A stretch of DNA of 64,000 nucleotides from a virus. Its lineage: Duplodnaviria; Caudoviricetes. The translations under genes were made by a program, and so were the position numbers. The DNA is taken from positions 23,904-87,903 of IMG/VR virus record IMGVR_UViG_2563366756_000009. One strand, written 5' to 3'. This document shows, one piece after another, positions 53,794 through 63,550 of the stretch. The notes under the pieces were generated by a model that was given only the letters and a program-made list of their open reading frames with translations, searched no databases and was not told where the DNA came from. Each line of letters opens with the position of its first letter. Positions within the stretch are counted from its first letter, which is position 1.

Positions 53794-55717
53794 GTTTGAA
53801 GCCTATTCGATTGGCATCCGCGTGCGGCTGGTCAACCTGGCAACGCAGGGGCTGGCGTTGCTCGGCAAGGACATCCTCAAGACGCATGGTCAAGCGGTCC
53901 AACTCGAGAAGCAACTCAACGCCCTGAAGCTTGCAGGCGCGGGCTTTGCGGCGCTGAAGATCGGCGACGGCATGCTGGGCTCGCTTGGAAAAACTCTTGA
54001 GGTGTCCAAGGAGTATACGCGACAGCTTTCGCTTATGGGAGCGTCAGGGATGTCGCAAAAGGACATCGCCGAAGCGACCGGCGCCGCGTGGAAGACCTCG
54101 AAGGACGTCCTCACAAGCAGCGCAGCGGAAAACCTTGCAGCCATTCGCGAGCTGCGCTCGGTCTTTGGCACCGAACACATGCCCGAGGCCTACGGCATCC
54201 TGCCGACGGTGCAGCGCACGCGCGCGGTCATGGAAGCGCTGAGCGGCAAGCCACAAGAGCACGTGGCATTCGATATGGTGAAGGCCATCGAGCTGCGCAA
54301 CACCGGCGCGATGAGCATGGAAACCATGCAGCGCAACGCCGACATGATGGCTCGGACGATGATGGCGTTCGGTGGCACGTTGAACGTGCACGACTATCAC
54401 ATGGCCCTCAAGACGGCGAAGACATCCGGCATGCGGCTGGACGACGATTTTGTCTACAAGTACCTGCCGACCCTGATGCAAGAGGTGAAGACGGGGAGTG
54501 GTGGTGCGCAGTCAGCCGGCACCATCCTTGAGACCATGCGGCGGGCGGTTGCCGGCGGCCGCATCCCGGAAAAGATGATCGGCAACTGGCTGGACGCAGG
54601 CCTGATCAACGCGAACGGGGTCGGGCGGGGTGGTTCGGGAAATCGTCACATCAAGCCCGGCGCTGTGATGGGGACAGAATTGTTCCTGTCGAACCCGTTC
54701 GAGTGGGCAAACACAATTGCCCGCCCGGCAATCGAAAAATTGATGAAAACGCGGAATGTCGGCTTCGACACCGCGACTGCCATGCTCTTCGGCGATCGCA
54801 ACGCCGAATTCGGAGTTTCGACTCTCATTAAGAAGGCTGCCCAGTTTGAGCGCGACCGGAAGCTTGTCGAGTCCGAAGGCAACAGCATCGACACGTATCA
54901 GAAGCTGCTGAAGACGAATCCGCAGCTCGCATCGGACGCGATGCACAAGCAGTGGGAAAACGTGCAGGCACGCCTTGGCTATGAGGTACTTCCGCGCCTG
55001 ATTCCGTACATGATCAAGTTCGCCGACTCACTCGACGGCATCTCGCAATGGATGCAGCGCAACGGCGGCGCGACCAAGGCCATCGCTTTCGGCTTCGTCG
55101 GCTTGGCGGTTGGCCTCTCGGTGCTCGGGCGAGTACTCATGACGGCCGGCATCATCAAGTTTCTCGGACTCGGCCCGGTGATTGGCCGGTTCTTCGGCGT
55201 GATCGGCACCGGCCTTCTCTGGCTGGGCAGGGCGGTGCTCTTCATTGGGCGCGCGCTGTTACTTAACCCCGTCGGGCTGGTGATCACGGCGATTGCGGCG
55301 GCGGCGTACCTGCTCTGGCGAAATTGGGATGAGGTGGGGCCAAAGCTGACGGCCGCGTGGGAAACCGTAAAAGCGGCTCTCGGTGCGGTGGCCGATTGGA
55401 TCGTCTCCAAATGGAAATGGGTGAAATCGCTGCTGCCGTTCGGAGACGACGACAAGGAAACGACTTCGCCGGCATCGCCAGGTGTACCCAGTGCGCCGAC
55501 GGCAGTGCCGGCTCGGTACGAGAGCCGTTACGTCGCGACGCGAGATCAGGGGGAGCGCCCGTTGCAAGCGAAGCTGTTCCTGACCGAGAGCGGTCGCCGA
55601 GAGATCGCGTCTAGCACATCGGCCATCCAAGCTCGGGAGGTATCTCGTCCGCTCGGATCCGGCATGTATGACGTTGGCCTCGGCCTTCCGCCTGTTGGCA
55701 TGAACTACGCAAAATGA
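53792..55717 (+). CDS. Tail tape measure protein
   Basis: 641 aa, MFEAYSIGIRVRL start, TM region, Trp-spaced helical repeats. Confidence 0.88.
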   Translation: MFEAYSIGIRVRLVNLATQGLALLGKDILKTHGQAVQLEKQLNALKLAGAGFAALKIGDGMLGSLGKTLEVSKEYTRQLSLMGASGMSQKDIAEATGAAWKTSKDVLTSSAAENLAAIRELRSVFGTEHMPEAYGILPTVQRTRAVMEALSGKPQEHVAFDMVKAIELRNTGAMSMETMQRNADMMARTMMAFGGTLNVHDYHMALKTAKTSGMRLDDDFVYKYLPTLMQEVKTGSGGAQSAGTILETMRRAVAGGRIPEKMIGNWLDAGLINANGVGRGGSGNRHIKPGAVMGTELFLSNPFEWANTIARPAIEKLMKTRNVGFDTATAMLFGDRNAEFGVSTLIKKAAQFERDRKLVESEGNSIDTYQKLLKTNPQLASDAMHKQWENVQARLGYEVLPRLIPYMIKFADSLDGISQWMQRNGGATKAIAFGFVGLAVGLSVLGRVLMTAGIIKFLGLGPVIGRFFGVIGTGLLWLGRAVLFIGRALLLNPVGLVITAIAAAAYLLWRNWDEVGPKLTAAWETVKAALGAVADWIVSKWKWVKSLLPFGDDDKETTSPASPGVPSAPTAVPARYESRYVATRDQGERPLQAKLFLTESGRREIASSTSAIQAREVSRPLGSGMYDVGLGLPPVGMNYAK

Positions 55718-56673
55718 CCCCTGACACCGTTCTCACGCTCGGCGACTTCTCGTTCACGCGCACCGAAGTTCCCGAGCAGATTCCGTTTGGCGGGCAGCAG
55801 GCGCTTGTCGTGCACAAAATGGTTGGCGGCGTGCGTCATGTGCAGGCGATGGGGGACGACCCTATGCCGCTGGCGTGGTCGGGACTGCTTTTCGGCTCGA
55901 CAGCACTTGAGCGCGCGCTGTACCTGAAGACGCTGAAGGAGTCAGGGCAGGAACTTGAGCTGATCTGGTCCGAGCTGTACTACCTCATCGTCATTCGCGA
56001 GTTCGTCGCGGACTTCGAGCGCCAGTATCAACTGCCGTACCGCATCAGTTGCGAGGTCGTCGAGGATCTGACGCGCGCGGTACGCGACGTGCCTGACGCA
56101 GGCATCGACGACCTGGTGAACGATGACATGCTGACGATCAACGGACTTAGTGACCTGATCGGTGACGGGCCACTCTCGTCTCTCGTCGGCGGTTTGAATT
56201 CGGCGATCAGCGCCGTTTCGAGCACTGCGAAGGCAGCTCAGAGCACGATCAACGGCGTGTTGCAGCCGCTCAACGCGGTGCGCTCGCGGGTACAGACGCT
56301 GATCGCCTCGGCGAACAACACGCTGCTGAATGTCACCACGCTGGGGGGCATCCTGCCGAATAACCCAGTGTCGCAGAACATCATGCGTATGACGCGCCAA
56401 GTGACCGCCGCCACTCAGTTGCCGGTGCTTGTGCAGCTCAATACGGTGGCGGGGCGGCTCGGAAAGAATCTCGGCACCGTCAACGCCGGGACGAAAAGCG
56501 TGGCGCTCGGCGGCGGCAATCTCTACCGGGTGGCGGCCAACGAGTATGGCGATGCGATGGGGTGGACGACAATCGCGGCGGCGAACGGCATCACAGACCC
56601 GACGCTCATGGGCGTGAACTCGGTAAAGATCCCGCCGTATAACGTTCCTACGGGGGGCGTATTCAATGCGTAG
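55714..56673 (+). CDS. Tail tube initiator with C-terminal LysM-like domain
   Basis: EVPEQIPFGGQQAL; GGNLYRVAANEYGDAMGWTTIAAANGI.DP. Confidence 0.8.
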   Translation: MTPDTVLTLGDFSFTRTEVPEQIPFGGQQALVVHKMVGGVRHVQAMGDDPMPLAWSGLLFGSTALERALYLKTLKESGQELELIWSELYYLIVIREFVADFERQYQLPYRISCEVVEDLTRAVRDVPDAGIDDLVNDDMLTINGLSDLIGDGPLSSLVGGLNSAISAVSSTAKAAQSTINGVLQPLNAVRSRVQTLIASANNTLLNVTTLGGILPNNPVSQNIMRMTRQVTAATQLPVLVQLNTVAGRLGKNLGTVNAGTKSVALGGGNLYRVAANEYGDAMGWTTIAAANGITDPTLMGVNSVKIPPYNVPTGGVFNA

Positions 56674-57796
56674 CCTCAACCCGGTGCCATTGGGACCGAT
56701 GGCGACGTGGCCGCGCGGTGCTGTGAAGCTGAATGACACGCTGATTTCAGGCTGGGTGAGTTGGGAAGCCGAATCGAACAGCTTCTACTCGGCGGACACG
56801 TTCCGTGTGACGTTCGTAGCCGACAAGTTGCCGCCCGACCGCGACAAGCGTTGGTTTTCCGAGCAGGAAGACATGTTCGTCGAGTTGTTCGGCGGATATG
56901 TGGAAGATCCTGAGCGATGCAGCCTCACGGATCTGACCAGTGAACTGTACGGTCGCGTTGACGATATCGATTTCGACATAGTTGCTGGCACATTCGAACT
57001 GGTGGGGCGCGACCTGACGTCCGCCTTCATCGACGCAAAAACGACCGAGAAGTGGCCGAATCTGACCGCATCGGCAATCGCCACCCAGTTGGCCGAGCGC
57101 CATGGCCTGACGCCGGTGGTTACGCCCACCACGGCCAAGGTCGGGAAGTACTACGAGATCGACCACGTCAACATGTCGGACCAGCGCAGCGAGTGGGACG
57201 TCCTAACCTACCTCGCGCATCTCGAGGGATTCGTCGTGTACGTGTCCGGTCGCGAGCTGCACTTCGAACCCAAGACGGACCCGAACGCGACGCCTTACGT
57301 CATCCAGTGGGTGCCACCCGACGAGTCGAGGGGGTATCCGACATCCAACGTGATCGACATGAAGTTCACGCGTTCGCTGACCGTCTCGCGCGGCATTCAG
57401 GTCGTTGTGCGCACGTGGAATGCCAAACAGAAAAAAGGGCTCACGGTGTCGTACCCCAATAAGGCGAAGACAACGCAGGCGGGCAAAGCGAAGCCGTTTG
57501 GCGGCGCGCAAATCTACAGCTACACCATCCCCGGCCTCACGCAGGAACAAGCGCTGCAGCGGGCTCAGACGATCTACGCCGAACTCGTCGCGCACGAGAT
57601 GAAGCTAACGGTGCCCCGTATGCCGGCCGATTCAGCCCTCGACATCAAGGTGATAGTCGAGGTGGCTGGGACCGGGACCGCGTGGGATCAGCGCTACATC
57701 CCCGACAGCATCGTGCGCCGCATGAGCATGTCCGACGGCTATGCCATGTCACTGAACGCGAAGAACCATGCACCCGACTCGACGGTGACGCTATGA
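56666..57796 (+). CDS. Baseplate hub (gpD / late control-like)
   Basis: FYSADTF, GRDLTSAFID, SEWDVLTYLA. Confidence 0.82.
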   Translation: MRSLNPVPLGPMATWPRGAVKLNDTLISGWVSWEAESNSFYSADTFRVTFVADKLPPDRDKRWFSEQEDMFVELFGGYVEDPERCSLTDLTSELYGRVDDIDFDIVAGTFELVGRDLTSAFIDAKTTEKWPNLTASAIATQLAERHGLTPVVTPTTAKVGKYYEIDHVNMSDQRSEWDVLTYLAHLEGFVVYVSGRELHFEPKTDPNATPYVIQWVPPDESRGYPTSNVIDMKFTRSLTVSRGIQVVVRTWNAKQKKGLTVSYPNKAKTTQAGKAKPFGGAQIYSYTIPGLTQEQALQRAQTIYAELVAHEMKLTVPRMPADSALDIKVIVEVAGTGTAWDQRYIPDSIVRRMSMSDGYAMSLNAKNHAPDSTVTL

Positions 57797-58308
57797 ATCC
57801 GCACGCGCTTGCGAATGCCATGCGTGGCCTGGCTCAGTTGAACGCGGGGACGCGGTCTGAGTCGCGCGACGGAACGATCAGCAGTTATGACCCCAACGCG
57901 CACGCGGTAAAGGTGCTGTTGCAGCCGGAAGAGACGGAAACCGGCTGGATCCAGCTTGCGGCGGCGGCCGTTGGCGCCGGGTGGGGTGTTGTCTTCGCCC
58001 CTTCCATCGGCGACGCCGTCCAGGTGGATTTCATCCTCGGGAACGCCGAGACGCCGAAGATCGTTGCGCGATTCTTCAATGACGTCGACAACGCGATTGG
58101 CGTGCCGGCCGGCGAGTACTGGATGGTGCACCGGAGCGGAAGTTTCATAAAGCTGGTGTCGAACGGCGATATCGATGTGAACTCGGTCGGAAACTTGAAC
58201 GCCACGGTGACGGGTAAGACCACGGTACGTGGGACGGGTGACATTTCCCTTGTCAGTGACACGAAGGTCTCTGTCAACGCGCCAATGGTCAGTATCAACG
58301 GTGCATAG
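57793..58308 (+). CDS. Baseplate spike (gpV-like)
   Basis: ISSYDP..VKV..ETGWI..PSIGDAV, GEYWMVHRSGS. Confidence 0.85.
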   Translation: MNPHALANAMRGLAQLNAGTRSESRDGTISSYDPNAHAVKVLLQPEETETGWIQLAAAAVGAGWGVVFAPSIGDAVQVDFILGNAETPKIVARFFNDVDNAIGVPAGEYWMVHRSGSFIKLVSNGDIDVNSVGNLNATVTGKTTVRGTGDISLVSDTKVSVNAPMVSINGA

Positions 58309-58310
58309 CC

Positions 58311-59186
58311 ATGCGAATCTGCGCAACCACGCCGATCCCTGATTTCAATGGGCTGTACGAGGCGGCCCGCGCATCGATGACCTTCCCGCCGCAAGGGATC
58401 ACGGTACCCGCGCTGCCCAGTTTGCGGAACCCGATCTACCCGGGGCTCTCGCGAACCAACGACGAGATCGTGCAACTGGTGCAGGAATTGCAGTCATACC
58501 AGATGCTCACGACCTTCAGCAGCTTCTTGAATCCGTTGACTTCGTTTCTGGGGCTGTCACCGGCGTCGATATTGCCGAAGATCCCCGGTACCGCGCTGAA
58601 CCTTATCGATCTGCTGGCGATGTCACCGGGGGCGATCTATGACGGCGTCGCGGCTGCGCTGGCCGAGTACGGAAGTGGCATCTTCCCCTTCGTGAAGACA
58701 CCGATCTTTCAGGGACTGTCGATTCCGTCGATCGAGATCGTCACCACGGTGAAGATGGCCATCAAAGGCTACATGAACACGTTGTTGGGCACGGTGTCCG
58801 GCCTGATCGATCAGGTGACCGGAAAGCTGAAGCTTCCGGGCATGCCTGCGCTTCCCACGCTGCCGTCGTTCGAGGCCATCTCAGCGCAGATCATGGGCGC
58901 GTTTCCGGGGTTCCCTGACCTTTCTGCGCTGATCAGGTCGGGAAGTGTGTCGCTGAATGCGCTTCTGGCATCAGTGGGCGCTCTCGTCCCGGCCTTCCCG
59001 GCGTTGCCCGCGCTACCCGAGCCGCTCATCCCCAACCTGAGCAGCTTCGAACACGAGTTCAACGAGGGGCTCAACGTCCTCTACTCGTCGCTCGTTGCCT
59101 ACCCGATGACGCTGATCATGAATTTCGTGACCAGCACGCTTTCGATGCTGGGATTCAGCTTTCCGGCGATGTGCATCACATTCTGA
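58311..59186 (+). CDS. Pro/Leu-rich internally repeated baseplate-region protein
   Basis: 291 aa, few charges, three P.LP.PI.PGLS..E-like repeats. Confidence 0.7.
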   Translation: MRICATTPIPDFNGLYEAARASMTFPPQGITVPALPSLRNPIYPGLSRTNDEIVQLVQELQSYQMLTTFSSFLNPLTSFLGLSPASILPKIPGTALNLIDLLAMSPGAIYDGVAAALAEYGSGIFPFVKTPIFQGLSIPSIEIVTTVKMAIKGYMNTLLGTVSGLIDQVTGKLKLPGMPALPTLPSFEAISAQIMGAFPGFPDLSALIRSGSVSLNALLASVGALVPAFPALPALPEPLIPNLSSFEHEFNEGLNVLYSSLVAYPMTLIMNFVTSTLSMLGFSFPAMCITF

Positions 59187-59193
59187 GGGACCC

Positions 59194-59595
59194 ATGCCGG
59201 ACTTGAACCATATCTGGGGCTCGGACCTGGCGGTCTCGGCTTCCGGTGACTTGCTGATGGTGGGGGGCGCCGATCAAACACAGCAACGTATCCTGCGGCG
59301 CCTGATGACCAACCCGCGCGGGCCTGCGGTGGGCGGCGTGCCGCCTGAGCCGGGCGACTACATCTTCCATCTGGACTACGGTGCCGGCCTGCCGCGAGAG
59401 GTCGGGCGCACCATCGATATCGGCCGGATCCGCGCCAAGATCAGGGGGCAGATCCTGCGTGAGGCGACGGTGGCCCGTCAGCCGGCCCCTGTCATCACCG
59501 TCCAGGCCATCCCGCAGGGTGTCAGCGTATCGATCCGCTATACCGACAATCAGACCGGCCAGCCAGCCACACTCAGCTTCAACGTGAATCAATGA
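59194..59595 (+). CDS. Baseplate wedge (gp25/gpW-like)
   Basis: QRILRRLMTNP.GDYIFHLDYGAGLP. Confidence 0.82.
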   Translation: MPDLNHIWGSDLAVSASGDLLMVGGADQTQQRILRRLMTNPRGPAVGGVPPEPGDYIFHLDYGAGLPREVGRTIDIGRIRAKIRGQILREATVARQPAPVITVQAIPQGVSVSIRYTDNQTGQPATLSFNVNQ

Positions 59596-60716
59596 CCATT
59601 TCCACGAAAGACTTCGTGACGCTGGTGCGCGAGCAGGTGACCGCGATTCAGGGGGGCGCGACCGCGCTCGTTGATCTGACGATCGGCTCGACGCTGCGTG
59701 CCGTTGTCGAAGCGACGGCCTCGGTGGCACTTTGGCTGCAATCGCTCATCTTGCAGTTGCTCGTCATCACCCGGGCCTCAACTTCGAGTGGGCCAGACCT
59801 CGACTCGTGGATGGCCGATTTTGGTCTGACGAGAATCCCGGCGGTCGCCGCGAGCGGCCTCGTGACGTTCTCACGTTTCACGCCGACCCAGGGCACTACC
59901 GTCGCAGTTGGGGCGCTCGCGCAAACGCGCGACGGCACGCAGACGTTCGCTGTGACGCTGGATGCGACGAACAGTGCCTACGATCCGACGCAGAACGCAT
60001 ACGTCCTGGCACCGGGTACCTCGTCGGTCACGGTGCCTGTGCTCGCGCAGACACCGGGAACAGGCGGCAACATAGTCGCGGGAGCGGTGAATACCATCGT
60101 GCAGGCAATGCCGGGCATCGACACGGTTAGCAACTCGGTTGCTTTCATCAACGGTGCGGACGCGGAAACCGACCCTGCTTTGCGTACGCGCTTCATCGCC
60201 TACATCAACAGTCTGTCGAAGGCGACGAAGGCGGCCGTGCTGTATGCGGTGCTGTCCTTGCAGCAGAACGTGAGCGCGTCGATCACCGAGAACTACCAGC
60301 GAAGCGGTCTGTGGCAGCCGGGCTTCTTCTACGTGATCGTCGACGACGGCACTGGAAACCCGTCTGACACGCTGGTTGCTTCCGCGGCGAATGCGATCGA
60401 GAGTGTTCGACCGCTGAGCGTGACATACGGGGTGTTCAAGCCCAATACGCTGACCGCCAATGTGGCAATGATCGTCGCTACTGCCGTTGGGTACGATCAC
60501 GCGGCCACCGCCGCGCTTGTGACCACGGCGATCCAAAACTACATCAACGGATTGGGGCTTGGCGTGTCGCTGAGCTACACGCGTTTAGCGCAAACCGCGT
60601 ACGCAGCGTCTGATGGCGTGACGAACGTCACCGGGGTGACACTGAACGGTGGAACGTCCGACTTGGTCGCGAGCCCGCAGCAGACGATCAAGTCGGGCAC
60701 GGTGCAGGTGACCTGA
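59592..60716 (+). CDS. Baseplate J-like protein
   Basis: DLTIGSTLRAVVEA, GADAETDPALRTRF. Confidence 0.9.
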   Translation: MTISTKDFVTLVREQVTAIQGGATALVDLTIGSTLRAVVEATASVALWLQSLILQLLVITRASTSSGPDLDSWMADFGLTRIPAVAASGLVTFSRFTPTQGTTVAVGALAQTRDGTQTFAVTLDATNSAYDPTQNAYVLAPGTSSVTVPVLAQTPGTGGNIVAGAVNTIVQAMPGIDTVSNSVAFINGADAETDPALRTRFIAYINSLSKATKAAVLYAVLSLQQNVSASITENYQRSGLWQPGFFYVIVDDGTGNPSDTLVASAANAIESVRPLSVTYGVFKPNTLTANVAMIVATAVGYDHAATAALVTTAIQNYINGLGLGVSLSYTRLAQTAYAASDGVTNVTGVTLNGGTSDLVASPQQTIKSGTVQVT

Positions 60717-61387
60717 TGACTGGTGATCAACAAGATATGTTTCAGCGCCTTCGCGCGCTGCTGCCGACGACCTGGTTTCCCGGTGTTGCGCTCATTCTCG
60801 ATGCGCTGCTGAACGGCGTCGCGTACGCGATGAGCTTCGCGCATTCGCTTTGGGCCTACGCCAAGTTGCAGACGCGCATCGTGACAGCGACCGACGGCTG
60901 GCTCGACATGATCGCGTGGGACTTCTTCGGGACGTCGCTGCTTCGCGCGCCGGGACAATCTGACGATTCGTTCCGCATCCGGATTGTCATCAACCTGTTG
61001 CGAGGGAAGGGCACTCGGCCGGCGATGGTGCAGGTGCTCAAGGATGTCACCGGGCAGGTGCCGGTCATCTTCGAGCCAAACCGGCCGATGGATATCGGCG
61101 CGCTTAATTCGCCCACATCGGCAGGCTATTGCGGCGTCGCGCGCATGGGCTCGATGGCAGTTCCCTACACGGCCATGATCACGGCGTTTCGACCGGTGGC
61201 CGCCGGTGGCAGTGCTGGTGCCGCGTACTGCAGGGCGCCGAGCCGCTCGGCATTGAATACGCCGCTCGCTTCCTCGTACACGAACTCGTCTAGCTATACG
61301 CGCGCTTCGGCAACCGATGCCGACATTTACGCCGCCGTCGATGCGGTAAAGCCCGTTGGGACTGTCATGTGGGTCGCAATCCGCTAA
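60716..61387 (+). CDS. Baseplate wedge (gpI-like)
   Basis: RIVTATDGWLDMIAWDFFG.SLLRAPGQSDDSFR. Confidence 0.82.
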   Translation: MTGDQQDMFQRLRALLPTTWFPGVALILDALLNGVAYAMSFAHSLWAYAKLQTRIVTATDGWLDMIAWDFFGTSLLRAPGQSDDSFRIRIVINLLRGKGTRPAMVQVLKDVTGQVPVIFEPNRPMDIGALNSPTSAGYCGVARMGSMAVPYTAMITAFRPVAAGGSAGAAYCRAPSRSALNTPLASSYTNSSSYTRASATDADIYAAVDAVKPVGTVMWVAIR

Positions 61388-61451
61388 GACCGACACACCT
61401 TCATTTACCAGGGCCGCCATGTGCGGCCCTTCTTCATTTCGGGGGCCATCC

Positions 61452-63017
61452 TTGAATCGTCTCATCACCCAAATCGGCCAGTCCATCTACGAGTGGTTTT
61501 TCACCAAACCCGCGCAGGACAACATGGTGGCGTTGGGTAAGCTCTCCGCAGCCGTACTGGGCACTGCACCGATCGCGAACGGGCTCGCGTGCACGCCAAC
61601 GTCGCCAGCCACGCTGCAGGTGACAATCGGTGCGGGCGAATTGTATGCGCTGGCACCGCTTGAGGCGTCGGTTTATGGCACGTTGCCGGCCGACACCACG
61701 CACCTGGTGGTCAAACAGGGGATTTCGCTTGATCCGGTGTTGGTGTCATGTGCGCCACCACCGACGGGGGGGCAGGCGATTAACTACCTGGTTCAGGTCC
61801 AGTATCAGGATCTGGATGTGAGTCTCGACCCGACGACCGGCAACCCCACGCCGGTCGTGCTGCAGTTCTACAACTCGTCGAACCCCTCGCAGCCATGGCA
61901 AGGCCCTAACAACAGTGGGCAGACGAGCAACACGATTCGGAAGGGAATTGTGGCGGTTCAGACGAAGGCGGGTATCGCTGCGCCGACTGGATCGCAGGTG
62001 ACGCCGGCGCCGGATGGCGGGTGGACAGGGTTGTGGGTTGTCACTGTCGCGAACGGCCAGACGACGATCACGGCGGGAAACATCACGCAGTACAGTGGTG
62101 CGCCAATCTTGTCCGAGACGCTCACTCAGAAGATCAGCCAAGCTACGGGGGACGCGCGCTACGCGGCGCTTGCAGGATCCACCGCGCAATTGTTTTCCGT
62201 GGCCCCAGCTACCCAGCCGCAGCACGCGGCGCAACTTGGGCAGATCGCGGCAGTGCAGGGCGTTTTTAAGAATCTGAAGGTCGCAGCGCTCGGCGTCAAC
62301 AACAGTTCGGCTGTGGTGACGGTAGATGAGCTTGTGCTCGAAAATGGCAGCAATCTTTATGCGTCGGTGCGTGGCGTGAACGTCACGATCAACGCTGCTG
62401 GCGCGGTGGGGCAACCTAACAGTCTGAGCACGGGAGCGCTCGCGGCGAGCACCTGGTACTACGTCTGGGTTTGGTACAACGGGACGACCGTTTGCGGCAC
62501 GTTGGACCCGAGCGCCACGGCGCCGACGGCGCCTTCGGGCTACACGGCGGCCTATCGCGCCCGTGTCGGAGCTGTTCGCACCGATTCCAGTGGAAATAAG
62601 TACTTGCTGCAGACGCTGCAGTACGGACGAAAAGCGCAGTACGTCGTCAACGCTACCGCCGGTTCGAACGTGGTGAATTTGCCCGCACTCGCGAGTGCAG
62701 TCGTGGGAAATCCGGATGCCCCCACCTATTCAGCCATCGCCACTGGGGCTTTCGTGCCATCTACCGCAAGTGAAATCGATTTGGTGATGAAAGCCGGATC
62801 GGCTAGCGGTCATTCGATTTGCGCGCCTAATAGCTCTTACTCAAACGCGACTTCGACAATTGGGACGCCTCCGATGGTGATTTGTATTTCTGCGTATGGC
62901 CCCGCGCCGATTGTTACGCGGGCTTTGATTACGTTGGAAAGTACGAATATCTATTACGCGAGCAATGATTCGTCGTATGGGGTTCTTCTGTGCTGTGGAT
63001 GGGTCGACAATATTTAA
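61452..63017 (+). CDS. Tail fibre protein
   Basis: TTG start; N-terminal baseplate-attachment domain, beta-rich C-terminus; follows gpI-like gene. Confidence 0.8.
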   Translation: MNRLITQIGQSIYEWFFTKPAQDNMVALGKLSAAVLGTAPIANGLACTPTSPATLQVTIGAGELYALAPLEASVYGTLPADTTHLVVKQGISLDPVLVSCAPPPTGGQAINYLVQVQYQDLDVSLDPTTGNPTPVVLQFYNSSNPSQPWQGPNNSGQTSNTIRKGIVAVQTKAGIAAPTGSQVTPAPDGGWTGLWVVTVANGQTTITAGNITQYSGAPILSETLTQKISQATGDARYAALAGSTAQLFSVAPATQPQHAAQLGQIAAVQGVFKNLKVAALGVNNSSAVVTVDELVLENGSNLYASVRGVNVTINAAGAVGQPNSLSTGALAASTWYYVWVWYNGTTVCGTLDPSATAPTAPSGYTAAYRARVGAVRTDSSGNKYLLQTLQYGRKAQYVVNATAGSNVVNLPALASAVVGNPDAPTYSAIATGAFVPSTASEIDLVMKAGSASGHSICAPNSSYSNATSTIGTPPMVICISAYGPAPIVTRALITLESTNIYYASNDSSYGVLLCCGWVDNI

Positions 63018-63029
63018 AGGGAAACAACA

Positions 63030-63527
63030 ATGGGCTACGCGATTAACCAATCGAATGGGTTCCGTGCCGTCGACGCTGCCTCCGACTGCAATTCTGGCGA
63101 AACCTATTATGCCGAACTGCCAAGTCCTTGGCCTCCGGCGCCGACACTTAGCGAAGCGCGGAAGTCGCAAAGCGCAGTGATCGATTCGGCCTACGCGGCG
63201 GCGGCACAGATGGACGTCTCTTACACGACCACCGCTGGCGCGACCAAAACGTATCAGGCCGACTGCAGCGGATCGACCGGCTTGGACAGCCAGAGCGTGC
63301 TGCTGAAGGCCGTCACCGGTTATGGGGTTGTCGGCGCGGTCCCGAGCGGCTTCACATGGAAGTCTGCAGACAACACGCTGGTCTCGTTCACGCTCGACGA
63401 CCTGAAAGGGCTGTACGCCGCAATGCTCGCTCAAGGAAGCGCGGCGTTCACGAAGCGCGCCGCGCTGAAGGAAGAAATCGCGGCCGCCACGACGATCGAA
63501 GCCGTTCAGGCCATCACCTGGGGCTGA
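63030..63527 (+). CDS. Tail fibre assembly protein, DUF4376-like
   Basis: TWKSADNTLVSFTLDDL..AATTIEAVQAITW. Confidence 0.78.
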   Translation: MGYAINQSNGFRAVDAASDCNSGETYYAELPSPWPPAPTLSEARKSQSAVIDSAYAAAAQMDVSYTTTAGATKTYQADCSGSTGLDSQSVLLKAVTGYGVVGAVPSGFTWKSADNTLVSFTLDDLKGLYAAMLAQGSAAFTKRAALKEEIAAATTIEAVQAITWG

Positions 63528-63550
63528 TGCCCCAACTCTGAGATTCCAAG

